Shown here: positions 1 to 14,178 of the stretch, piece after piece
Numbering within the stretch: the first letter of the stretch is position 1
Layout: each line of letters starts with the position of its first letter
Assembly: GCA_951406725.2 (NCBI GenBank)
Contig: OX597814.1
Span: forward strand, 100,564,001-100,628,000
Origin: Octopus vulgaris
Taxonomy: Eukaryota
Direction: 5' to 3'
DNA length: 64,000 bases
The notes under the pieces: generated by a model
Seen by the model: only the letters and a program-made list of their open reading frames with translations
Told to the model about the DNA's origin: nothing
Database searches by the model: none
Translations under genes and position numbers: made by a program

Positions 1-211
1 AATGTTGAAAATTAGTGTGTGTGCACAGTAAAGTTTAAGATCAGTTTGTGCCAAGCGAATTTAATCTTCGTCCTTTAGCTTCGTTACTATAACAACAGTC
101 CGGATACTTATCAGATAAGCAGCACAGCCGGTCGGCCACATTCAAACGACAGAACAAGTAAAATATATAAGATAATACATATAGCAATGTAATTGAACTT
201 GGGCCGTTGGC

Positions 212-405
212 ATTTTCTTCTCCTCCTTCTTCTTTGGACTTTTCCTTTTGCCTTTCCGACAAAGAGCTATGCTCGAAACGTTGAACTCTTTCCATGTACC
301 GAGCGTCAAGCTAATACAGTTCTTGAGCACGTTCACACGATCGTTCTTTTTGTGATGTTTTTGTTTTTATTCGTTTATTTCAATTGTTTGTTTTTCTGAA
401 TTGAC

Positions 406-408
<3 letters not shown>
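212..408 (+). mobile_element. Solo pLTR of the Neptune-like PLE group, with a degenerate minimal HHR (~252-286), abutting (TA)n
   Basis: Colinear with the pLTRs at 40126-40298 and 40481-40657 (tttccgac.aagagct..gctcgaaacgtt.aactc...gagcgtcaa...tt.actata); followed by TA and GATA repeats. Confidence 0.7.
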
Positions 409-452
<44 letters not shown>

Positions 453-484
453 GTATATATATAAACATAGACAGATAGATATAT

Positions 485-556
<72 letters not shown>

Positions 557-861
557 TGTAAATCTATAAATTTGCTTGTATATATTTGCGTATGTATGTG
601 TGTGTATGTGAGTATACATTATATATAAAATTTAATTATAGTCGACAAATGTGGATAAAAGTATTTAATATATATTGTAGAATATATGTTTAATTTAAAC
701 CGTTTCCTTTCTCACGTTTCAAATTTCAAATTGCAGCATGATGATAATTGTACGCTAAAGAAATTCGTGTGTGCGCGCGCATGTGTATATGCGTGTGTAT
801 ATATACATACCTTCGTATGTAATACATTTATGTATGCATACAGACATACATTCACACATAT

Positions 862-949
<88 letters not shown>

Positions 950-3534
950 TCCACTCACTGGGAACGGTTGGTGAAATTCTTGTATCTTATCAGTGGAATT
1001 TCTTTACATGAAACGGTGCAGAAGCCTGCCGGTTTCAATGCACCAAAACTGAAATCTTTAATAAGTCTGATATAATTGCCTGAAATGTATGAATGCAACG
1101 TAACTAGTATGTCACTAATCTAAATACAAGTAAAACATCTTTTTTCCTTGTACCGATGACTCGGATCCTCTTATAATCTAATTTACAAGCAGGAATTTAA
1201 AATTCCCACGTTCTTCAGACTAGTTTACTAAGTGGCCCATTCGACAGTAGCTTGCACAGCACAGTATTAAAAAATCTCGCATCCTTTATACTAATGTATA
1301 AGTACCTGTATTCCATTCAATTATTTGAGTAAATTTGATATTTGTATAATTTAGCAGTAATCTCTACTTATTCGGCAAACTCAGTGAGTCGGAGAGGTTT
1401 TGGAATCAAAGGATCCAGAAACTATGAATTTTACCTGTATGCAATCAAGGAATTTTGTAGCATGTTTTATTCTCCTCCCTTATCCATGCAATCACCTCAA
1501 CAAACTAAATTCAATTGTAAACATTTCCAAGCTGCAGAAATTTTTTTTTGTGTATATGTGTGTTATTATTCGTTGAGAATGTCTTTGCTGGCAAATTCAT
1601 GATGAAGCCTTTACTCCTTCTCTTGGAAGACTGTAGATGGAAAAATACACCCACATACACGCAGTGTGTGTGTGCGCGCATGTGTGTATGTGCTCGTTTG
1701 TGTATATATACGAATATTTATGATCAATTTACTGGAGACTAAAGTGTTTAATGATTTATATATTTATAAGAGAGCTAATTCATATGTCAACACCTTATAA
1801 TACAGCATGATACAAACTTCCTTCCTCTCTTCATTCATTCGGGCGTACTAAAATTATAGCATACACATATCAATATTCTTAATGATATGTATATGTAGCC
1901 TACTCATATGCAATCGCTTGCTTGTAGTTTTGCCTGACGAAAAGAGAACAAACTGATTGTTAAGCCGTGCTTTGAAACTAAATGTTCAACTATTTGATTC
2001 TCTTTCCGTTCCACTTATTAACTTATGCTAATTAAATAAAATTTAGCAATTTATATATATTTAATTGAATTAGATTTTTTCTTCCCCAAACAATCAAGTT
2101 ATGAATATATCTAATATTGTATCCATTTTCTTCATCTCATTCAAAAATATACGCCCACCTATACAGGCTCGCACTCATACTCACACTCAGAGAGAAAGGG
2201 GGAGAAGGGGAGAGATAGGCATAAGCACGCATATGCAAAATTATGAATGTGTGTGTGTATATATATGTGTGTGTGCATGTGTGTGTATGTGCGTATGTAT
2301 GTATCATTGTATAAATGTGTGAATGTATAAATTCACGGATATATATCTGCAATTGTGTATGAACGTAAAATAATGTTGCATTCATTTAGGCATATGTAGA
2401 TATACTGTATATATTGTATTGAAATTTGATTTTAGACAATGTACTTTGTCGATAGGGAAAATACCTAACTTACAAGACAAATATCACGAGATATACATTA
2501 TCACCCTTAGCTCATAGCACAAACTTAGCCCTAATGGATAAAACAAAAAACAAAAGCATACGGTTATATTAACGCTAAATAATCTCCTCCCGCAGAAACT
2601 AGACCCTGTTTGTATTCTGTATAGCTATTCTTTTCGTTTTTTTTTTACATGTAATATTTTTCTTTAAGGATATTTCCCCTAAGGAGAGGTACAGCACCCA
2701 TAATCCTCGGAGAGCTTTCGTGACCAATGAGATTTATATGGTTTAAGTTACTTAAAACAATATTATAAAAAAAGAACTAAATGTAAAAATCGTAGGAAGG
2801 AAAGAAATTTCAGATAGCTCGGGAGCCCATTTTTGAGCATAGCTGTTCGATAAGTTAGGACTGCGGTGTTGGAAAATAATGGGTGGCGTTTGGACTGTAG
2901 GCGAGTGTATGTGGTACTCAAAGGGCAAGATCCAAGTAAGTGAGGCAACTGAAGTTACTACGGAAGTAAAGACGAGGAGAGAAGAGCGCACGTCAATGAG
3001 TTAGAGACTACAGGTGTTGGTGAACAACTCAATACTTATCAATCGAATGTCATTTATGATGAGTTTCGGATGATTTTGCGTGTGTATACTGCAGAAAATA
3101 TTTTGGAACATTTCGCTAGCTGAACACTTTGAATGCTATAATTCAGTATAAATCCAATCAAGAATCGACATTGTAAAGTCCTCGTTTTTACCTCTCCTTA
3201 ATTATGTTGGTTTTGTAAACAATACTTCCATTAGTTACGGAGGATCCACAGAGGTCATAAGCTATGCTCCTTCCTCTTGGCTCAACAAACTTTAAAAAAT
3301 ACTGAAATAGTATTTGATTACTTAATGGTCGTAATTGCCAAGCAACTAATTCTGCCGCACTACCTCTGAGTGTTTGTAGTAACATGTAATTCGATACATT
3401 ACCTTAACTGGTAAGTGCTGCCGGTGATCAAACCGGCACTCCCAGCTAGCTAAACTGATGAAAAGAGTACTTAAAAGTTCAAACAAAGGAAAACTATATT
3501 GAATGTAGCAAACATTCAATGATAATAATATTGA

Positions 3535-3755
3535 GTAATAATGGTTTCAAATTTGGCACAAGGCCAGCAATTTTAAAGGAGGGGCCAAGTCCATTAAATC
3601 GCCTCCAGTGTTTAACTGGTACTTATTTTCTTAAACCCGTTAAGATGAAAGGCAAAGTCAACGTCGACGGAATTTGAACACAGGACATAGTGACGGAAGA
3701 AATGCCGCTAAGTATCTTGCCTGGTGTGCTAACGATTCTGCTGCCTCGCCGCTAA
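3535..3755 (-). mobile_element. tRNA-derived SINE, family A
   Basis: Reverse complement of the ggcgag.tggcagaatcgttagcac...gagttcaaattccgccgaggtcgactttgcctttcatcctt...aagtaccagtt consensus seen more than 15 times in the window; the central domain resembles Meta-type SINE domains (from recall). Confidence 0.75.
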
Positions 3756-5122
3756 AACGAGCTGAGTAATAGTAACCATTATATTTAATGACTAGTATTG
3801 GTCAAGACAGTAAAGGTATACAGTTCTGTAATCTAAATTAATAAACAATTGAATAGGTGCCTATATAAGATGTTTGCTCTTTGGCGTGTGCGATGATTAT
3901 TTTGGACATATTTGGACTTCCTCGGTGAAGCATATTTCTACAAGTAAAAGACAGACAATAGACAAGTGTGAGATATTAGGATTTTTAAAATTATGAGATT
4001 TGGTTGACAAGATAACTTAAAAGAATAATTAAAGGAAATATCAACCTCCGATGCCTACAGCGTGAAAAACAAGCAATTTGGTGGTTTAATGCAGATAGCA
4101 TCCATAGATTATTTCCTCCCAGACATTTCAAATATTTGTCACGCCCTTTAATGCTCGTTCATTCAAGATATTCATATTACTCTCATATATTATCAGGACT
4201 GTATTAATACGACTATGCCTAGCTGATGAGTATAATTAGACCGAAACATTGCTAGAATTCGCGCTGTATTTGCTAGTTATCAATTATAATTGATAATTAT
4301 TAGATTTTCTCATCAATCCATGCTATATCATAGTTCTCTTTTATTTTTTAATTAATAGAGTTACATCATTTTAAAAGATTTAATACTTAACGATGATAAT
4401 TTTTTACTCTTTAATATGAAGGCAATTTTATGATAATACAATTATTTTGGCACAATATATTATGTTAAATTATACATAAGTTATGTTCACAATCTAATCT
4501 CTCTCAGAACCACGATATTCAAGTAAGCAGATTAATGATTAATGAATGTTTCACAATAAAATCCTATAAATCTGGTGAAATATTGGAGCGTGTAATCTAC
4601 AGTAATAAAGTGAATAATTTGTAGCTTGTGTGAAACACACTTAATATCCTTCATAAAAACATATTACGTTGGTTACGATAGCAATTTTTTAAATCCTCAA
4701 ATTTCAGACGCAGACGTGGTTGTGAGCTTATGAAGTTTCTTTCGGCAGAAAACCGGCTTGCTCAATATCAAACATTTTCAGTCAATAAACACATTTTAAC
4801 TGAAAGCATTTGAGTCAGCATATTTACTAATTACTCTCAGTACATTTGCTACTTACTGTCATAGCATATGTCCATGTAGGGGCAATACATTGAAAGATTT
4901 AGTCAATTGGTTTTACGTCGCGTAATTATTATGCCCATCCATTTTTACAGCACCTGCGAGATACGCGAGCGTAATCAAACCGACAGAGATTTTCAAGAGG
5001 TGACAGAAAAACACAAACACGAACAGCCACATGCGCACGCATATATTTATATGTAAAGAAGTATGCGTGGATGTATATTTACATATGTGGACGTATAATA
5101 TGTATCTATCGCTCTGTCAATC

Positions 5123-5239
<117 letters not shown>

Positions 5240-5668
5240 TTGCGTACATGTATGTGTTTGGGTGTGTGGATTTCTGAAATGTTTATTTTTGAAAACAAAA
5301 AATACTTATTTATAGTGGGGCATTCTGCTGTTAGTAAATTTACTAAATATGTTAGTATTGATGGAAACATCTAGTTACTTTATACAGATGTGTGTCTACG
5401 CGCGAGTATACACCCCTACACAAATACACCCACACTCAAAGCCATAAACACGCATATACCTGTAGATATATACATATATGTATATCCATGGGTGTACGTG
5501 TGTTGTGTGTGTGTGTGTATACATATGTAATTACATGGATATATGTATATCTACATATACATATACAGCCATATGCATATACGAATGATATTAAAAATAT
5601 ACTGGGGTCGATGTAACCAACTAGGCCCCTTCCTTCAAATTTCGGGGCTTGTGCCTATAGTAGGAACG

Positions 5669-5757
<89 letters not shown>

Positions 5758-5761
5758 CATT

Positions 5762-6000
5762 CAGTAGTTTTATTTTTATAGCGTGCTTTCACTTCACTGC
5801 CAAGCGCAGCTTTGTGTGCCTTAGGTATGTGCTGTGATTTGTTGTGATGCTCTGATGGTTATTGTATGGAAAGTGTTCTGCGTAGGATGTGTGCAGTGCC
5901 TAGTAGTGCAATTTTCTGTATGTTATATGTGTTTGTAAGTCCTGGTGTTTTTGTTATGTATTTGTCTGAATATTTTTTTATCATGCCTAATGCACCTATG
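5762..6000 (-). mobile_element. R4/Dong-clade non-LTR retrotransposon 3' end in (TAA)n
   Basis: Minus strand translates IGALGMIKKYSDKYITKTPGLTNTYNIQKIALLGTAHILRRTLSIQ*, the C-terminus of an REL endonuclease ORF; abuts (ATT)n; the same family recurs at 23673-23838. Confidence 0.8.
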
Positions 6001-6156
6001 TTACTTTTTATATTATTATCATAATCATTAGGCTCCCCTTTGTTATCTCTAGGTTTTAGATTTGTGTCGCTTTCTTTCTTATTTATGTTTGTTTGCCGTG
6101 TTTTGGCTTGCTGTTTGTCGTGTATTATTATGCATCCTTACGGTCTGGGTTTGTTG

Positions 6157-6227
<71 letters not shown>

Positions 6228-6237
6228 GTTGTTGTTG

Positions 6238-6293
<56 letters not shown>

Positions 6294-6970
6294 GCCTTTC
6301 CACAGCTTCTAACGATGGAGATGTACTACAGTGTCAGCTTTTCACTACCAGTGAACTAAGGTAAAATATCTTATTTTCCGAGTACCTTCCGGAGTATTCC
6401 AGCGGTTCCAAGCAGTGCTGTTTTCTGCAAGTGCTCACCCTTTTTGCAGCCCCTATTTGTTTCACGTACTTCTCGAGATTTTTTCTCAGTTCCCAAGGCT
6501 CCGACAATTATTGGTACTACTGCTACTTTTTTCATCGACCACAACTGCTTAACTACCCAAGCTAACCTATCATATCTCTCGATTTTTCTTTCTCCCTTAT
6601 CGCATACCTTGTTGTCAGCTGGGCATGCTATATCTATAATCCAGCATAGTTTGTTTTCTTTGTCAATTCATGTCCGGCTTCCTATTCTCTATCTCATGGT
6701 CGCCCTGAATCATAAAATCCCATAGGATCTTTGTATTTCTATTTTCGACGATGCCTTCAGGTTTGTGGTCGTACCAATTTTTTGCTGTCAAGTCCATTCT
6801 TGTTGCAAAGTGTCCATTGGACAAACCTGGCTATATTGTCGTGGCGTCTGTTATATTCCTTCTGGGCTAGTGGCGTACATTGGCTGATAATATGCCATAC
6901 GGTTTCACCGTTTTGTCCACAGATTCTGCGTAAAGAAAAAGACACAGCAGAAAGAGATAAGTGCAGAAAT
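6294..6970 (-). mobile_element. R4/Dong-clade 3' fragment (CCHC knuckle plus PD-(D/E)xK REL endonuclease), frameshifted
   Basis: RICGQNGETVWHIISQC...YNRRHDNIAR, ILWDFMIQ..HEIENRKPD, IIDIACP, VVPIIVGALG motifs; flanked by (ATT)n and (ACT)n. Confidence 0.88.
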
Positions 6971-7014
<44 letters not shown>

Positions 7015-7524
7015 TTAAGGCGGTGATCTGGCACAATCATTATTAAGCTGGACAAAATGCTTAACAGCATTTGACTCTTTACTTCTTGAGTTCGAATTCC
7101 GCCTATCGACTTTACCTTTTATTTTCTCGGGGCTGAGCACTCAAGATTGCAGCATTTATACCAAAAATACGAAAGCATTATTATTACAATTGTTAATACT
7201 GTTGCATTGTAAATATTATCATAGTTCAATTCAAATAATACTTAGAACTTAAAGGATGCTTACTCTATTGACTCCAGAATGGTAAAAGCACAGTTTGTCT
7301 GTCTCAGAAAGAATTGAACTCAGGAGTTAAAAACTCGGAACAAATGCATTCTGCCCATATTGTCAGCGATTCAAACAATTCGCCCACTTAATAATAATGA
7401 TGATGGTTTCAAATTACGGCGCAAGGCCAGCCACTTCGGGAACAGGAGGTAAGTCGAGCTCAACTGGTACTTAATTTATCGGCCCCGGAAAGGTGAAAAG
7501 GGAATGCTGCAAAGAATTTTGCCC

Positions 7525-7975
7525 GGATCTTTTCGGTTTGAACGGCAGTTTTTCTAGCGGTGTCATATGAAATTGGCACCCATAATTATGACCCTAGTAT
7601 CGATCTATTGCATTTCAATCTGTTTTAGGGTTAGGGTTAGTGTTAGGGTTAGTTAGGGTTAGTTAGATTTAGGGTAAGGGGTAGGGGAAGGGTATCTTTT
7701 TTTCTTCACAAATGTATATAAGCCCAATCTGTTTCTTAAACGAGGGACATATTCATACGGCACAGAATGTTTTTACCTCAATAAACGTCAGTGATTGGTT
7801 GAAATTGCAGAAATTGAAGAAAAAAACAACAAATATCTTAGAAATCATAGAATTTTCTTAATAAAGCCAAGAGAAAAAGATGTTTTATAAACACATTCTA
7901 CCAGTATACGAAGTTTAAAATTTTTTAGTTACCTAGAAATTATGTTAAAAACTGCCGTTCAAACCGAAAAGATCC
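7525..7975. mobile_element. Non-autonomous DNA transposon (MITE), probably Merlin superfamily, inserted in a family-A SINE
   Basis: Perfect ~29-bp TIRs ggatcttttcggtttgaacggcagttttt; 8-bp TSD ttttgccc/ttttgcac; GG termini with an 8-bp TSD fit Merlin/IS1016. Confidence 0.8.
7625..7692 (+). repeat. Degenerate (TTAGGG)n telomere-like tract inside the MITE
   Basis: ttagggttagggttagtgttagggttagttagggttagttagatttagggtaaggggtaggggaaggg. Confidence 0.85.
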
Positions 7976-9253
7976 TTTTGCACGGTGTGCCAGTAATTAT
8001 ATTTGCTCCTGGTTGATGGATTTTGAAAATTACAGAGGCAGTCATAAAATATGAGGTTTGTAAAGAAATTAAATTTTAAACAGAAATGAGACGAATGCAA
8101 ATAATATTTGATTATGTAGATACAGTACTCTTGATAGAAGAGGACCTCAGTCTAGAATAAACCAAAGAATCGAAGATCACCCTGAATAAGGGCAAGTGCT
8201 CTTTAAAACTGTTCTTCCAACCTGACGATGAAAATGACGATGATATTGTTTTCAATGCAAAGTAGTGCTGATATTAATAATAGTGATTATGAAGATGATG
8301 ATGACCCTGACGATCATCATCATCATGTATTTCTAGTTATAATCGAGGGAAAGAGTAATTGTTATATCAGATTCCATCCGTGAAGGAATCCGTAGGGAGA
8401 AAGGAAAAGAAAATTCGACACAACAACATTAAATAAGATTAAAGAACTGCAAAGAAAGAAAAAGAAGGTAGACAAAGAAACGGCAAATGAAAAAAAGTTC
8501 TGAAAAGAAATAAGATAAACATATGTTTTAAATCAAAACATAGAATAGATCTAGAATCTCGTTATTCGATATATTTTTTCCGTTTACCCTTCTATGACTA
8601 ATTAAATTACCATTTGAATGTTATACGGAAACATTACGTCAATATCACTCTTCCATTTCTCTTGTATATTATCTTTCAATTTTTCCTTCTTGTTTTTCTT
8701 CTTTAGCATTTATTCTTTTTGTCTTAAATTTCTTTTTGATTCTTTTCTTGTTATTTAAGTTCTATGACACTGGAATTTCTGTTAAAATATGTCCCTGTCG
8801 AATTAGAATAGAGCTCAATTTTACAGTTTGACATTTTAAAAATATATAAAAAAAATAATCTTTCACTTGATAATAGCCATAGACTAACAAATATATTAAA
8901 GGGTATTCACATTAAATACAAACATTTTAATTTTTTTTTCATTTATTTCTACCCCTGAAGGAAATACAGAACACAGCTGAATACGAAACGTGGCATGTAT
9001 AGTCAGTCAAAGATATGCTTAGAAATGAAACTCAGTCTCTGAATTAAACGAGATGTTAGCAAGAATCAGCGACAAAAGAAATTTATTATGTCGAAACATT
9101 AACCTGCAATAACATACCACCTACCAATGAAATATGGCAAAGCACCATAATTTGGTGGACTTTACGATAAGGGGCTTAAATTTGTTGTCTCAATTACTGT
9201 GAAGAGAAATATATTGGTCAATTACAAAACTGTTCAGAATTACTGCACACTTG

Positions 9254-9378
<125 letters not shown>

Positions 9379-9529
9379 GAGAGAGAGAGAGATCAACAAA
9401 TAGCAACAGATGGATTGTGGTTCACTCACTACAGCTGTTTCAGACGTATTTTTAATTGATTTCACTGACCCAACCTTGGTGCTTTTACTATTTAAGGAAG
9501 TGACTCACCTGAATTCTGAACTCTTGTAT

Positions 9530-9575
<46 letters not shown>

Positions 9576-9821
9576 GTGTGTGTGTGTGTGTGTGCGTGTG
9601 TGTGTTTGTGTCTGTGTATTTGATAAAATAGTTTGACTTTAGCCTCCCTTTCCAGCCTGTGGCATTACTTGTAGTAACAGCCCTTAATGTAATCATGTAT
9701 TTAAAAAAATTTTAAACTTCGTATTAAAATTATATACTTCGTATTAATCTTTTTACCTGAATTGGTCTTACACAATGGCTACTGGATAAAAACTTATATA
9801 GATTATCCCCATATTTAATCG

Positions 9822-10642
9822 ATATACATGTAGAGGTAGGTACGTACATATATGTATGTATATATGCATATGTTTTATTTATTAATTTATTATATGACGG
9901 AACGCACGCATCCATTTCTAAGTAAGATTGTTCTTGATATTAATAATGATGCGCACTCTTGACCTTTCTGTCCCCTCCCTTTCTCAGCCTTCATTCTTTC
10001 TGGTTTCCTTTTCTTCTACCTTACTGTCTCTCCCTCTCTCTCATTCTTCATTCTTTCTGGTTTCCTCACAATCATTCCTTGTTTTTCTCCCTTTCTCTTG
10101 CTTCTGCTACTGTCTTTCTGGCCTGATGGACGGCATTTTCTGTTGCTCCTTCGCTGTTCTCAAAAATAGCGTTCGTAATACTTTTTCTCGTTCGGCTTAA
10201 CAGCCCTTCTTGTCTTGTTATTCTCCTTGTCCTGTCTTTTACTGTTTATATTTTATACTGTCGTTACTGTCCTGCTTTTGTTACCATTTTTACCCCTCCG
10301 CATAAAGATCTCAAATTTTATTTAATTTGCTTTTCGCGGGAAGGAAAGTTTCTATCGAAGATGCGTATCACCTTCACCTTCGAAACGCAGAGTAGATGAA
10401 ACCATGGCGACTGAAGAAGGGGAATTTTCCTTGTGTTATTTGTCCTGTACTCTATTTTTTGTTGTTTAAGAAAAATGTCCAGTTCCTTGGTTTTGTGTTT
10501 ATGTTTTCATTTCTCATTGTGTTCGAGGATTTTTTGTTTTGGTGTCCTGTACCAATATATTCATGTATATATACATGTAGAGGTAGGTACGTACATATAT
10601 TTATGTATATATGCATACGTTTTATTTATTAATTTATTATAT
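9822..10642 (+). mobile_element. Non-coding element with ~74-bp terminal direct repeats and an HHR-like motif (family E; PLE-derived or retrozyme-like)
   Basis: 9822-9895 repeats at 10569-10642; pyrimidine-rich body; gtttcta-tcgaaga...gaaa-cgcagag-ta-gatgaaac at 10348-10402; the 3' part recurs at 37749-38010 and 49452-49711. Confidence 0.65.
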
Positions 10643-10812
10643 ATATGTATATATACATATATATATAATATTATTGCCGCACCAACGCACGGTTGCAACA
10701 CCATATGGTTGTACCTCCAACCGTGCTGTTTTCTGCTGTGATTTTTGCTACCAAGGTATCGGTTAAACTTTTGATTAATCTACTACAAGATTATTCATCT
10801 TTCTATTTCACA

Positions 10813-10907
<95 letters not shown>

Positions 10908-11272
10908 ATGTATATATACCATTACACCATGCGTGGCGCTATGTATGAGGTGTTTGGCTACGTATTTGAAGATTCCAGGTTCGGAGCTTACCAAGATCAA
11001 ATGCAATTAATTTCATATACATTTTCCATTAAAATGTCTTTTGGTTGAGTTAGTGATTAGATTTTGCTGTTCTATTCATTGTATATTTATATTTTCTTTC
11101 TTTTTTTATAAATAGAGTGTTGTACTGTAACTTAAAGTGAACAATACGCTTGGAAGAGTAGCTTTAAAAATTTAGCACATATTATCCATGAACATGAAAT
11201 TAACACTAGTTATTTTATGAAAATCAATGTAGGTGCATTACATTTTGAGGTAACAATTGGTGAGTTTGACAT

Positions 11273-11334
<62 letters not shown>

Positions 11335-11339
11335 TAAAG

Positions 11340-11580
11340 ACTACCATTCTGTCGGTTACTATGACAAGGGTTGCAGTTGATCCGATCAACAGCCTGCTCG
11401 GGAAATAAATGTTTAAGTTGCTGGGTATTCCACAGACACGTTGTACCCTTAACGTAGTTCTCAGGGAGATCCAGCGTAACAAGTCTGACCCATTGAAATA
11501 AAAGAACTACTAATTTTTACCGGCTCAGTGGACTGGAGAAAATCGCCACCAGAATGCTCTAACAACTAAGCCATGCTCCT
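11340..11580 (-). mobile_element. Degenerate tRNA-derived SINE
   Basis: Shares the ..gctcagtggactggag.. central block with 50645-50935; tRNA-like head remnant near 11550-11580. Confidence 0.5.
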
Positions 11581-13959
11581 TACTTGGGATAACACACTGT
11601 TCTTAGAAACTATATAACTTTTACATTACATTCAGAACGTGGTAGTCGGAGGAAAGGATGGCTGCACCCATAACCTGGCTTGTTGTCATTGTGAATGTAT
11701 TGAATGCAGCTATGTCAAATTAAATTCCACGTTTAAAGACCACGCAGAGGCTGGTACAAGAATTGAACTACTACCTTATAATCGTGAGTCGACGACCATA
11801 TCCACTATGCCACACACGCACAGTCATGCGCGCGTGCATACTCACGCGCGCGTGCACACACACACACACACACATACACACACACACATACGAACCGAAA
11901 TATGACACCCAAAGGAATAAGAAGTGCGCCTCAAAATCATATATATATGTGTGTTTGATATATATATATATATATATATGTGTGTTCGATCATGCTGTTT
12001 GATATCTTGGGGAATTTCCTCGGGGCAATTTCCTCGAGGGTCGACTATGCATTATGTATAAATTCGGTAAACGGAATGTGTGGAATCCAATGAGATAAAT
12101 TGCATCTGTAATTTAAAGGTCTGGTTCTAAACAGCCACGCTGATTCAATACGAGCATTTAGTTAATATTATACGTATCTATGGAATTCAATGAACAAGTA
12201 ACTCAGTTTTTCATCAAAGAAATCGACAGAGATCCATTCTTTTTTTACTGTCTTTGTGTGAGCATGTGTGCGCGTATGAGTGTCTGTATAAACTGCTTGT
12301 TGTTACGTCATTGGTCTCCTTTTATATGTAGCCATGCAAGCCTAAGCTTACTTCCTTTCGAGTTACGTCATTTTCGACCTCAAATTCAGCCGATTTATTC
12401 GAGTTTCTTTAGTCTCAGCGATCATATTTCAAGGCAAAACAATTTAAAAACAAATAGCTGAAGTGCAAAAATCAAATGAAATAATTATAAAAATATGTAT
12501 AGACCATATATTAAAACAAATGTGTGCTAACAAAATTTTTGAAATGTTTTTCCGTGTTACGTCGTTTTCCGAGTTAATTGGAACTAATTACTAATTACTG
12601 ACGTAAGTTGAGGTATACCTGCACATGTAAACTCTACATAATTTCTCTTGGTAAAGAAAATAGAAAATTATATGAGATATCCTAATTATTGGTGGTCTAC
12701 ATTTTTGCGATTCCTTTACTTCGTCGCCGAAGAGGATACAGGAAACTCTATAAAAATGATATATTAGATTCTATTAAAGATGATCTATAAAAGATTTAGA
12801 AATAAATTACTAAGTTAATTGAGAACATGAACCGTTTTAAATTATTGGGTGAGTTTTGAATTATATCACGTTCAGTGGGGATTAAGTAACTTCCTCTCTA
12901 TTATAGACATTTAGTTTCAATTTTACAAATGAAGTCACATTTTTAGTGGAGAAAAACCAGATTCAAGAAACAGATACATAAACACCAACAAGTAAACTAA
13001 ATTATTAAATACATATTAAGTTTCAAATTACCATATCACCACAATTTACTAATGTTTTACAGGAACAATTTTACTTATTAGTTCATCATATTAGGTTATT
13101 TCTGAAGCGAAATGCGTTATGTGAAATGCAAGGTGTGCTTTTATTTGCTTAAGGTGTTTCAATCACCATACTAGTTTTCATTTAGTTATGTATATCTATG
13201 CTCTATATGTTTGTTTTATCTGAAGGACACGTCACGCTAATAATGCCGGAAAGAAGAGAAACTGGAGCGGATTCTGAACTTGGAACATCAACATATGAGT
13301 TTCTTCAAACGTTTTCGAAATCGGAAGCCTAATGAGAATAAAATGACATCAGCTGAAATAATTTTAATTACATGGAATATAGAGAGAAACAAGATGATGT
13401 ACGAAAACAGCGGAAACATGGGGAAAACATGAAGCAACATTCATTAATATTTTAGGCTGTTATCCAAATTCAACATTCAAACTAACGGGAAGATGACTAG
13501 ATGATAGTGTTAGATTCTAAATGCTTTTACAGTTCATTCAAATGGCATATGGAATGTGTTTCTGATGGATGTAATGCAAAGCATCTGATAAGATGCAATT
13601 TCGATAAATGATATGGATATAAGTAGTGCCGTTGCATTTGGGGGTAATAAAATCTTATTTTGAAAGTGAAAAACAAACAAAAAAAAAAGGAATCTGGAAA
13701 ACAGAGTTGTATCTCACTGAACGAAAATTTGATGATGTTATGTAAAATATAAAGATGCATGATGTGTAATTTAATAAGATAGGGATGTTATCTGAATTTA
13801 TAATAGCAGTGTCAAAATATATGTCGATTAAATAAATTTACAAAGATCTAAGGCATATATTAAAAGGGAAAAAAAACAAGGATTGATTGGGAAAATACAG
13901 AGATATTTCTGACAATCATACTGACACGTATCAAAATTGCATAACGGTAAACCAACGGA

Positions 13960-14130
13960 ACGTGTAAATGGTTGATTGCCGTTGTCGATGCGGATGTTCT
14001 TGTTTAGCCCCAAGTTGAATCTGATCGAGCAGGAGATGAACCCAGAAGTAAACAGTGCTTACGATTCGATGCGTAACTGAGAACTGCTTTCGACATTTTT
14101 TGTTATTGCACGACAATACTCATCACATTG
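13960..14130 (-). pseudogene. Possible relic of a Merlin/IS1595-like transposase N-terminus
   Basis: SCNNKKCRKQFSV..VYFW..(frameshift)..LGLNKNIRID resembles the Zn-ribbon/HTH region of Merlin transposases; short and degenerate. Confidence 0.3.
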
Positions 14131-14178
14131 TACTCTTCCTCACTGTATTTAAAATCTCTCAGAAAGTATATATATTTA

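Noticed and set aside
4215-4260. Further HHR-like strings (also ~2678-2720, ~9425-9510 minus, ~30385-30410, ~30531-30562)
   Set aside because: Core boxes are partly present, but the stems or the cleavage triplet do not form convincingly; at best decayed relics.
7625-7692. Chromosome-fusion or true telomere remnant
   Set aside because: Single orientation, short, and enclosed within MITE TIRs.
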